Source: a virus. Taken from it: a DNA stretch of 64,000 bases. The translations under genes and the position numbers were made by a program. The notes below the pieces were generated by a model, which worked only from the letters and a program-made list of their open reading frames with translations, did no database searches and was not told where the DNA came from. The stretch covers positions 106,084 through 170,083 of the IMG/VR virus record IMGVR_UViG_3300028827_000129; one strand, 5' to 3'. Shown one piece after another: positions 1 through 9,300 of the stretch (positions are counted from its first letter, which is position 1; every line of letters starts with the position of its first letter).

Positions 1-1
1 T

Positions 2-268
2 GCATTAATTAATAATCAGAAGGCCTCGGACGCTACTGTTGCTAAAGAATTGACAAATCCTTATTTTACTGACCAAATTCCGCCTTTTGATATTACGTTG
101 ACTGGCGAGAATGAATACGGCGCTGTTACTTCTATGAAAATTTGGGGCGTTGAGCTATTGAATGAGGGCTCTGGAGTAAGCGTTGATGATATGGTTATTG
201 AGCAACAATATACCTTTGTTGCAAGAAATATTTCACAGTGGACTAAAGGAACAGCTAGAGTAGCTTAA
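2..268 (+). CDS. Tail tube-like virion protein, 3' part (frame is open from the window start)
   Basis: The frame is open from nt 2 and the track's TTG at 50 is internal. DQIPPFDITL...GVELLNEG...YTFVARNI is shared with the next two ORFs, and the gene lies upstream of the chaperones and tape-measure slot. Confidence 0.65.
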   Translation, partial: ALINNQKASDATVAKELTNPYFTDQIPPFDITLTGENEYGAVTSMKIWGVELLNEGSGVSVDDMVIEQQYTFVARNISQWTKGTARVA

Positions 269-274
269 AGAGGG

Positions 275-296
275 TGGCCCCGCGAAAGCGGGGCCA
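275..296 (+). other. GC-rich hairpin with GAAA tetraloop (mRNA processing/stabilising element or terminator-like)
   Basis: TGGCCCCGC-GAAA-GCGGGGCCA is a perfect 9-bp stem in the intergenic gap, with no U-tract after it. Confidence 0.7.
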
Positions 297-305
297 TAAA
301 ATAGT

Positions 306-1052
306 ATGTCAGGTAAATTACCTTATTCTAACAATACTGAACCTTTATTATCTCAATTTGATCCCTATCGCGAACAATCTTCTGGTATCACAGAAGATAA
401 GCACAAGCTTGATAAAATAGACGATGTTATTATTTATGACAAGGCTTCATATTCAGGAGTCGACATTAAATGTTTGGTCATGGGACCTCCAGGTGCAGCT
501 GAAGGAGCAGAAGAGGGATGGATAAAAGTACTGGGGGAAGTACAGACTGTTTCTTATCAAATCCATAGAGAGAAGGTCCCAGTTAGAACATTAGGCAGAA
601 GTGCGCCAAAAACGTATACGAAAGGTACTAAGACCGTTGCAGGGTCAATGATATTCACGCTATTTGATCGTCATGTTTTTAATTCAATGTTATTAGGATC
701 TAAGCTTTATGGTTCTGCTAAGGATACAGCAAATCCTTATGTTACTGTAGACCAATTACCGAGATTTGATTTTGTATTATATTTTGCCAATGAACGTGGT
801 AGTGAGTCGTTGCTTGCTATCTTAGATTTAGAAATTGTCAATGAGGGTGGTGTATTTAGTGTGAATGACATGATATCTGAAGCAACTATGAATTGGGTTG
901 CGCAGCATATTATGCCATTAAGGTCTTTAGATGAATATAAACGAGCAATTAATAGTAAGCAAGGGGCGGTTCAGAAGGGGAAGAGATTTTCAGACATAGT
1001 TAACCAATTAGGCTATAAAGAAGTTTTAGCCAGCAATAATCCATTTATTTAA
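306..1052 (+). CDS. Tail tube-like protein (paralogue 2)
   Basis: VQTVSYQIHREKVPVRTLG...TKGTKTVAGSMIF and DQLPRFDFVLYFANE...EIVNEG parallel the upstream ORF; tail-module position. Confidence 0.6.
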   Translation: MSGKLPYSNNTEPLLSQFDPYREQSSGITEDKHKLDKIDDVIIYDKASYSGVDIKCLVMGPPGAAEGAEEGWIKVLGEVQTVSYQIHREKVPVRTLGRSAPKTYTKGTKTVAGSMIFTLFDRHVFNSMLLGSKLYGSAKDTANPYVTVDQLPRFDFVLYFANERGSESLLAILDLEIVNEGGVFSVNDMISEATMNWVAQHIMPLRSLDEYKRAINSKQGAVQKGKRFSDIVNQLGYKEVLASNNPFI

Positions 1053-1059
1053 TCAAATT

Positions 1060-1803
1060 ATGACAGACGTAGTTAAGAGAGATATACCTGCAGCTAGATG
1101 GGATAACGACTTTTTTACTGGTGCCCAAGTAAATGTGTATTTTGGAGACGTTTGGGTAGACGACATTGTATCTCTAAGCTTTAGTTTAGAACAAACAAAG
1201 AGACCTATTTATGGTTATGCTTCTCAATATTATGATGCTGTTGCTAAGGGTAAAATTTCAGTAAGAGGCAATTTTACAATTAATTTTAAAGAAAATGGAT
1301 ATTTATATGTTATACTAGATTATCTGAAGAATAATTTTTATACTAAAGAAGAAAAAGGTGGTTCTTCAGAAACTTTGCAAAAAGCATTTTTTATGGAAAA
1401 GGCAGAGTCTGGTCGAGGTGATGCAAAGGTAATTTCTAGGAATATAGAAAATATTCTTGAGAAAAAATCTTCAGGAGCCGAAGGATTTGATAGATTAACA
1501 TATTTTTTAAATGCCGATATGTCTAAATTTGAAGATTTAGCTGAAGCATATGAAGATAGTGTATGGTCAGATGAAGGGGTTTCTGTAAAGACTATTGGAG
1601 GCATCAATAAAAAATACAAAAGACCAGATGAATTTGGCCCTTTTGATATTATTATTACTTACGGCGATATTAATGCCAGCAAGGAAGATCATACAGTAAA
1701 GAGGATTACAGGTGTTGAGTTATTGGGGGCGTCTCAAATAGTAAATTCGGACAGTGAGCCGATATATGAAGCATACCAATTTATAGCTCGCAATATTCTT
1801 TAG
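1060..1803 (+). CDS. Tail tube-like protein / tube initiator (paralogue 3)
   Basis: SFSLEQTKRPIYGY...KGKISVRGNF and DEFGPFDIIITYG...GVELLG...YQFIARNI carry the same signature as the two upstream ORFs. Confidence 0.6.
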   Translation: MTDVVKRDIPAARWDNDFFTGAQVNVYFGDVWVDDIVSLSFSLEQTKRPIYGYASQYYDAVAKGKISVRGNFTINFKENGYLYVILDYLKNNFYTKEEKGGSSETLQKAFFMEKAESGRGDAKVISRNIENILEKKSSGAEGFDRLTYFLNADMSKFEDLAEAYEDSVWSDEGVSVKTIGGINKKYKRPDEFGPFDIIITYGDINASKEDHTVKRITGVELLGASQIVNSDSEPIYEAYQFIARNIL

Positions 1804-1812
1804 GAGGTTTTT

Positions 1813-2235
1813 ATGTCTAAAGCAGAAAAAGATTTAGATGTCCAGGCTGAAGAGCAGGTAGAAGGTAGTAAAGAGGCAGTAGATCCTATTATGGCTGCAT
1901 TTGAGAAGATGGAGAATGGTCCATCTAAAGAGCAAATAGAGCTATGGAAAAATGAACATAATGGGGAGGTTTATATCTCCGCTTTTGATGAAGATGAAAT
2001 TTATGTTTGGAGACCATTGTACCGTCTTGAGTATAAGAATATTATCAAGATGGTTAAGGACCCAATTATGGCAGACGAGAAGATGCTAGAGAAGTGTTTA
2101 CTTTTTCCTAGAGTCACTCCAGAGTTTTTATCTATGACTAAAGCAGGTACTATTGAAACTATGGCTGCACAAATTAGGGAAGTTTCTAATTTTGTTAATC
2201 CAGAAACTGCCATTGGGCTTGTACGTAAGCTTTAA
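1813..2235 (+). CDS. Tail assembly chaperone
   Basis: Small acidic protein with a strong AGGAGG RBS, between the tube genes and the tape-measure slot; IELWK...YVWRPLYRLEY...KCLLFP...AGTI pattern. Confidence 0.6.
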   Translation: MSKAEKDLDVQAEEQVEGSKEAVDPIMAAFEKMENGPSKEQIELWKNEHNGEVYISAFDEDEIYVWRPLYRLEYKNIIKMVKDPIMADEKMLEKCLLFPRVTPEFLSMTKAGTIETMAAQIREVSNFVNPETAIGLVRKL

Positions 2236-2245
2236 AATGTAAAGG

Positions 2246-2755
2246 ATGCGTTTATTTGAAGAAAGGTATGGTATAGAATTCCAGGACGGGGAGTTTATAG
2301 TTTTTAAACTCCTCTCCTGGGGTCAATATAGGCGCTACAGAGAAATTTATTTTTCTAATCCTGATGCTCTTCCTGAAATAGAGGAAGAGATTTTTGATTT
2401 ATGCGTATATAACGCTCATTTATATGATAAAAACTATCTAAAAGCTGGGACTGTCTCTACTGTCGCATATGCAATACTTAAATTATCAGGCCCAAATAGT
2501 TTAAAAGACGTAGAAGAATCTTTAACAATAGCTAGAAATAATATTAGTGATGTTGGGTATCAATTGGCTGGATTTGTTTGCAAGGCATTTCCTGCATATA
2601 AATTAAGCGATATTGACGACTTAACGTGGCATGAATTTATGAATCTCGTTGCATTATCGGAGCAGATATTAGGTAAGGACATAGATTTTAATCAAAACCA
2701 ATCTATGCAGAACCAACATCAATACAACTATGTAAATAAGAAATTTCATAGGTAG
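2246..2755 (+). CDS. Second tail assembly chaperone (paralogue with C-terminal extension)
   Basis: FIVFKLLSWGQY...DLCVY...KAGTVSTVAYAILKLSG aligns by eye with the upstream chaperone; it has an extra helical C-terminal domain. Confidence 0.55.
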   Translation: MRLFEERYGIEFQDGEFIVFKLLSWGQYRRYREIYFSNPDALPEIEEEIFDLCVYNAHLYDKNYLKAGTVSTVAYAILKLSGPNSLKDVEESLTIARNNISDVGYQLAGFVCKAFPAYKLSDIDDLTWHEFMNLVALSEQILGKDIDFNQNQSMQNQHQYNYVNKKFHR

Positions 2756-2766
2756 GATTTTTTGTT

Positions 2767-5700
2767 ATGCCTCAACCTACTCCTTTAATCCCTGTTGATC
2801 CTGAAGAAAGAAAAAAGAAAGGGATGCCGTGGGGGGCTGCTACTACAGCAGCCCTTATTGCTGGGCATGATCTAATAGAGATTCCTCTTATTAAGAGGTG
2901 GTTTTCTGCTAGATCTGGAATAAGGAGCTCAAGATTAACTTATCTTAATTTAGGTCTTTTTATAGCCCCCAATCAGCGTCCTGCTGGTATACAAAGTTTT
3001 AGAGATTTAACTGGCCGTTCAGAAGCTCTCGTTAAAGATGTTATTTATGAGGGCATAAGGCGACTAGAAGAGACTCCTACTAGAATTTTCCGCACTTTTG
3101 AATTATCTTCTTTATTTTCGACCATTGTATTTAGGGACACTAGCGGTGCAGTTGCTAGGTTTTCTGGAGAAGAAGCCTTAAAGTTACGTAAATATGTTAC
3201 TCGTTTAGCCGGCAGAGATATTGGAGTAGAAGAAATAGCTGGCGGCATGAGAGTTATTAAAGGCTCTTTATACGGAGTCAATGTCAATGGAGAAATAGGC
3301 AAAGAGCCACTCGTCAAATTTGTAACATTCATGCAGCGCAAATGGACTCCGTATCATGAGAAAATTAAAGGAGCCAGGCAAGAAAGACTTTCTCATTACA
3401 GCAAATTAGCCAAAGAATACGAGGCTATGATTGCTGGAGAGGACTTTGGCAGAATAGCTGCACACAGGGGCGAAAGCGACTTTTTACTTTTGGTAGGTGG
3501 ACGTAATCGCTCTGAAAGTTCTATGCGCACAATCAATGCCTTTTTGAGAGTGCAAAGTAAGAAATTTTTTCATTTGCTTGACGATCCTTTTGAAGCTTTA
3601 CAAGAGATTACAGGCGTTGTTAGCAAAAGGTTAGGTCGCGGTTCTCGTCTTTGGGAAAAAATAGGCATTAGGGGTAAATTAGGTCTAGCAGGTGATTATT
3701 CTGGGTCTCTAGCTGAAATGTGGGCCAGATGGCTTTTGCCTGGCAAAGGTAAAATGGGATGGAGGCTTGGTGCAATTGGAAGCTTTGTAGCGCTGCCTTT
3801 TATTTATAAAATAGCAGAAGCGCATTTAAAGGTCCCTAACACCATTCTGGAGGAAGGCCCGACAGCAGCATTGGCCACCTTATATGCTAAGGGGGATATT
3901 TTAAGAGGTCAAGTTAGTGAAGCTTTAGGAATACAAAGCTTCATTGAAAAACAAGAAGAATTAGCGCCGGGATCTACAAAGGGCATAATGTCTTACTTAG
4001 CATTCCCTGCCTCGTTCGCTATGACGGGCGCTGTGGCCTCCGGAGCCCTTACCATGACCCATCGGTTAAGTAAGGGTATGTTAGGGGCTAGAGAGGAGGC
4101 TCAGGCCCTCAGAAGGCTTTCTGGGCCGCTAGGTAAGCTTATAAAGAAGAGTTTGCCGAGAGCTCATCGTTGGGCATATTACGGAGCTGCTATTGGAGCT
4201 ATTGCTGCTGCTCCATTTGCTTTGGGTGCTGCCTTAGCGACAGTATTTGGACGCAAGCCAGTGCAGCAGCGAAAAGAAGAATATGCAGGAATTAGAGAAA
4301 TACCAATCCGTAAAGGCAGATGGTGGGAAGCTGGAAGAACTCCTTATGAAGGCGGGCGCATTCTTACATATGCACCGCACTTTGTCGTAAGGGCCAGAAC
4401 TCACGCTAAAGAGAAGGCATTGTATGGAGAGTACTGGGATAAACCGATTACTCGACTATTTAAATCTATAGTTGATCCTTATTGGCTTGAGCGTATGCAT
4501 AATGAAGATAGACCATATCCAATATGGGGGCCATCTGATCCAGGGTTAGGATTTTTGGGTACAATATGGCAGCATACATTAGGGGCTCTATTCAAGCCGC
4601 CAGTTTATGTAAATCAGGACAAGTATATTACTGAATCAGGAGAATATATCGATAGAGACACTAATTTAAAATATGAACCATCCTATCGTTTAGGTGGAGA
4701 ATTACCAGATATGCCTGAGCCTAAGACTGGCTGGAAATATGCACTCTCAGAGATAAAGAGAAGGCTAGCTGATACATTTGGATTGACTGGTTTTGCCTTA
4801 GAGTCTGTAGAAGAGAAAATGACTGGCAGCACAGACCTATTTGAAGATAAAAGGTTTTTAGCTTCTTCTGCAGAACTAGATTCAACAGCTGCAGATTTCT
4901 GGGGATTGCACCTTGGCGGAGGTCTTACAACAACTGAAGCATTACGTAGGATCTATTTTAAAGAACGTCCTAATATAGAAGTTGTTAATCCTGCTGAAAA
5001 CAATATGCCATCATGGCTGCCAGGTGACGATTATATGGTTAATTTCCATACTGGAAATCCTTATACAAAAATCCCTATGGGTGAATATGTTTTGCCAGGA
5101 CCAGCATATGAGGAACTTCACCCAGAGTTAAAAGGTGTCCCTTATGAAGACTACCCGCTAATCCATAAATTGAATATTCTTAAGAATGTAGCTGTTTATA
5201 GTAAAGAATTTACTGAATATGCAAAGACGGCTAAACGTATTATAGCTGAAGGGAAAGAGGACCAGGCATATATAGAGCAGCTTAATAGTATTTTGGAGCA
5301 AGCTGCTCAAATGAAAAAACTTGAAGTGCAAGAGATCCCTGATGATAATATTATATCTTCTTATTGGAGTCTTTTAAATGAATCTGCTGCTAACCCTACA
5401 GAATATTTAACTCCTATTGCCCCTATTCATAAATTTGTCCATACAATGGGGCCTATAGATACATATAGAGATACGCAGATTCTTTCAAGTGAAGTTACTT
5501 TGTGGAATAAGCCTTATGAGCATTTTATAAAGCCTGCTATTAGACATTTGTTTGGTGTAGCATATGATGATTATGTTCCTAAAGAAGTAAGAGAAAGGCA
5601 GAATTTATCTGATTATTTTGAAGCTTTAAAATATATCAAATATAAAAATCTTCTTAACATTGCTAAAGAACGTGGGCTGCCAAGTTACTTATATGAAAGA

Positions 5701-6312
5701 AGAGTAAAATCTAATTTATTTGGCATTAGCTCTGCATCAAGAGAAGATGATTTATATTATGCATTACCAAGGATTGATAAAAAATTCTTTGAATTTTTTA
5801 TCAATGCGGAAGGGGAAGAACGCGAGGAGATCAGTAATTTAGTTTCTCCCATGATAGCTAGGGCCTATAATATATTTTGGGCAAAGCATGATGGAAAATC
5901 TTCGTATATTCCGGCATTTACAGCATCTGACGTAGAAGAATATTTGGAAGATAAACCGATTCCTGGACCTAATTGGATAGGCTGGGACAGTGATGTAGAT
6001 TTAGAAGATATAAAACTAAAGCTTCTAGAAAGAAATTTTGAAGATTTTACGGAGTATGACATTTGGGGGGACCAGATTAGAGCATCTAAAAGGAAGCCTT
6101 ATTTAGAAAGGGCTTTAGATGAGTTTAATGTCAAGAGGTCGAAAGCAGAAGTAAAGAAGCAAATAGAACAAATGTTATATGGCAATGGTTTAGAAAATGT
6201 AGAAGTTTTAGTCGATGATTATACTGGGGAAAATGTTATATTTTTTGAAGGGAAGGATTCTCAAGAAAAGTACCTGAGATCGCAGATGAGAGATATGGGA
6301 TTTTTTAGTTAA
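2767..6312 (+). CDS. Tape-measure-like / ejected membrane-associated virion protein
   Basis: 1181 aa immediately after the chaperones; basic Gly/Ala-rich helical N-half with several hydrophobic segments (e.g. YYGAAIGAIAAAPFALGAALATVFG); Pro/Trp-rich motifs in the C-half. Confidence 0.55.
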   Translation: MPQPTPLIPVDPEERKKKGMPWGAATTAALIAGHDLIEIPLIKRWFSARSGIRSSRLTYLNLGLFIAPNQRPAGIQSFRDLTGRSEALVKDVIYEGIRRLEETPTRIFRTFELSSLFSTIVFRDTSGAVARFSGEEALKLRKYVTRLAGRDIGVEEIAGGMRVIKGSLYGVNVNGEIGKEPLVKFVTFMQRKWTPYHEKIKGARQERLSHYSKLAKEYEAMIAGEDFGRIAAHRGESDFLLLVGGRNRSESSMRTINAFLRVQSKKFFHLLDDPFEALQEITGVVSKRLGRGSRLWEKIGIRGKLGLAGDYSGSLAEMWARWLLPGKGKMGWRLGAIGSFVALPFIYKIAEAHLKVPNTILEEGPTAALATLYAKGDILRGQVSEALGIQSFIEKQEELAPGSTKGIMSYLAFPASFAMTGAVASGALTMTHRLSKGMLGAREEAQALRRLSGPLGKLIKKSLPRAHRWAYYGAAIGAIAAAPFALGAALATVFGRKPVQQRKEEYAGIREIPIRKGRWWEAGRTPYEGGRILTYAPHFVVRARTHAKEKALYGEYWDKPITRLFKSIVDPYWLERMHNEDRPYPIWGPSDPGLGFLGTIWQHTLGALFKPPVYVNQDKYITESGEYIDRDTNLKYEPSYRLGGELPDMPEPKTGWKYALSEIKRRLADTFGLTGFALESVEEKMTGSTDLFEDKRFLASSAELDSTAADFWGLHLGGGLTTTEALRRIYFKERPNIEVVNPAENNMPSWLPGDDYMVNFHTGNPYTKIPMGEYVLPGPAYEELHPELKGVPYEDYPLIHKLNILKNVAVYSKEFTEYAKTAKRIIAEGKEDQAYIEQLNSILEQAAQMKKLEVQEIPDDNIISSYWSLLNESAANPTEYLTPIAPIHKFVHTMGPIDTYRDTQILSSEVTLWNKPYEHFIKPAIRHLFGVAYDDYVPKEVRERQNLSDYFEALKYIKYKNLLNIAKERGLPSYLYERRVKSNLFGISSASREDDLYYALPRIDKKFFEFFINAEGEEREEISNLVSPMIARAYNIFWAKHDGKSSYIPAFTASDVEEYLEDKPIPGPNWIGWDSDVDLEDIKLKLLERNFEDFTEYDIWGDQIRASKRKPYLERALDEFNVKRSKAEVKKQIEQMLYGNGLENVEVLVDDYTGENVIFFEGKDSQEKYLRSQMRDMGFFS

Positions 6313-6314
6313 TC

Positions 6315-9300
6315 ATGACTGAAAATAATGACTCTGGGCTAAGAAGTAGAATTCGTAATACTGCTGTTTTAGGTGCTGCTGTTGGCGGCAGTTGGCTTAG
6401 CTTGCAGTATCTTGCCACAAGAGGGGTACATCTTGGCAGAGCTTCAGTCGCTAGCAAAAGTGCAAAGAAAATTAAGACAGCTGTAGAAAGCTTTGATGCT
6501 AAAAAGGCCTCTGAAGAGATCTTAGCGCTTTTAGAGCACCCAGATTTGTTTGAGTATCAAAAAACTGCTGCTCATGCAGCAGCTATCAGCATGGCCAAAA
6601 AACGATCTGGTGTTGTGCGAGAGTTTTCTACATTATCTGACGCTATAGCTTATGGCGAAACTAATGTTTCATTCCAGAAAAACTTGTTAAGTGCTTCAAG
6701 AGAATTAGAGAAGACGTTATTTGAAGAAGTAAGACATAGGGAAAAGTATTTAAAATCTCCTTTACGTTTCGCTACTACAGATTATATTTCTAAGCCGTTA
6801 GTAAAGCAATCTTCTGGATTTTATCTTTTTGCCGAAAGGCGCGGATCTTGGTTTAACGATATAACTAAAGCTATTTCAGATATACCAGGGCTTAAGAATA
6901 GACAGGATATTAGCGCTTTAGCGCAAAGTATGGCGGATGTTGCAGCTTCTATAGCTGGCACGAGTAATATTTCTGTAAAGTTTTATGCTGCTGATATGCT
7001 GCACGGTGGTCAGATACAGAGAGAAATTATTGGTGTCGGGTTTCTCAGAAATAATACCAATGAAGCATATTTTCCTATTTTAACTGCTAGCAATAAATAT
7101 GTTGTTGGTAGAAACCAAACAACTATATATGCTCCCAAGCGTGTAGTAGTAGACCCAGATATGTTTGTAGAAACTCTTGGGGCTAAAGGACATGTAGGTT
7201 TAGACGTGTACCACATGTCTAAGTTTGTCGAACAATATAAGACTAATACCAATATAAACAAGCTCGCGCGAAGCACTCAATTAGATGTAATGAGGCATGC
7301 TGTTTATTCTGATGATTATGGTAGATTTAAGCCTTCTTTTACAAGAAATAGTGTACGTGACGTTATAAGGTCGTCAGGATTTGTTTTCCCGACAATTTCA
7401 CAGACTGCCTTTATTCAAAAAGCTGAGGAGTTAATAGAGAGGGGGGTTGACATTGGCGGGATTCCTGGTCAGCATATTGCTAAAAATACGTTATTCTTAA
7501 ATTTGAATAAATATTATATGTTTGGTGATACTGGCGATCGTGATAAGTTCATGCGAATGATAACGCGCGATGTATCTTTTGACCCAGGTCGAGCTCAGAG
7601 GCTAATGCAGCATGGAGTAGATATGAGACCTATTGTCATGTCTGCTGATTTAGCTAATTTGATGAAGCAAGAAAATGATTTTTTGCCTCGGTTTACTAGA
7701 CTTGGGGTTTCTGAAGATAGATTAAGGGAACTTTTAAAGAGACATGGGCTTGAAGACTTTATGCCCACTGAAGATGAGTTTATTGCTCCGCAAAGTATTA
7801 GAGGTCGCTATATTGCCGAATCTGCTGGTACATACACTCTTTCTTCTGATACGCCGATTAGAGAAGAGCTTATTAAGGTAGCGAAGGGAGAGCAGAGCGG
7901 CGATATCTTCTTGCATGAAGGTGCTTTTCTTGGGGTTTCTCCGGAGGGTCGGGCTGTCACAACTAAAACAGCTGGAGAAAAAATAGAGAGCGTTGTCATG
8001 AATGACGACGGGACTGTTAAGATAGTGACGCGTAGAAAAAATGTTGGTACAGATATAAAGTTTTATGGGATGAATACCAAGCTTACTGGAGGCCACCAGG
8101 GCTTTATATCTAACAAGAAGTTTCGCGCTTTAGTTAAAGATATTTTAAGGGAAGATGTCGGCATAGAAAGTGGCCATGTTATATCTAGATTAGCCAGAAA
8201 CATAGAGGGTATTTCTATAGGTGCCCCTAAATCATCGTATGGTCATGCCCAAGTTGAAATGCGTCTTGCTAATATACTGAGGATAATGGAGACGTCTGAA
8301 TTGAGCAAAGAACAGTTTGAGCATGTTAGCAGACAGTTATATGCCCTTGGGATTAAGGCTTCAAGTGACAACTTAGTTTCTAAGTATGTTGTTGAGAATA
8401 GTAGGCTTAATACAGACCAGATAGCGCAACGCCTAAATGCGATTGAATCGTCCTTAGAAGAATATACAGGCATTAAAATGGCTAAATTAAGTAATGTTCT
8501 TTTCCATGATATTGTCACACGCGGCGAACATCTTGTTTTGCAGGGCGCTGGTAAGCGTGCTACTCTTAGTAGGCAGACTCAGGCTGTCTTAGACACTCTA
8601 GCAAGAGACGAAGAGCTGGGGCAATATTATGCTGCTATTAAAGAAGATGTAGCATCTAGGATGAACCTTAAACCTGAGAATTTGCGTGAGGTAGCAAAAT
8701 CTTATTTAGCTGTGGATCGCATAGATGCTACTCCTGTGACGAGCGCTTATGAAAAGTATAAAAAAATGTTTGGTGGCGATATTGATGAATTTTTAGACTA
8801 TATTTATGATCAGGATATAGATGTAAGGCGCGAAAATTTGGCGGCGTTAGGTATTAAGGATGAAATGATTGGCCTTGGCACTACGCTAAGGACAGAAACA
8901 GGTGTATCATTATCGGCCCTTAGAATTAGTACAGATCCATCAGGGTATACTGGAATGATGTCGATAAGTAGCGGCCGTCCGTTTCATAAGTCTCTCGATA
9001 AGGCTGGTAGATCTTTGTTGAGGGCTGTACTTGTCGAAGGTGTTGAGGGCGAAATGCCATTTGCTGTAGAAGAGGCATTAACTAATTATATTGATGAGCT
9101 AACGAATGTAGCTGGCAAGAATTTGTTAAAAAGTGCTTATTCAGGGAAAGTGTTTGGGTCTGCGTTACTGAAGGCAGCTGGCTATAGAGGAGGCCGTATA
9201 GAAGGGTTTAATCAGGATTATGCGATTATTGTACATAGAGATATTTACCGTAAAATGCTTGAAGATATGGGGCTGCAAAGGGGTGAAATAGCGAGGAGGC

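Noticed and set aside
2225-2248. Programmed frameshift at TTTAAAA between the tail chaperones
   Set aside because: The heptamer is out of register for a -1 slip, the next gene is in the +1 frame, and an in-frame TAA (2240-2242) precedes its ATG.
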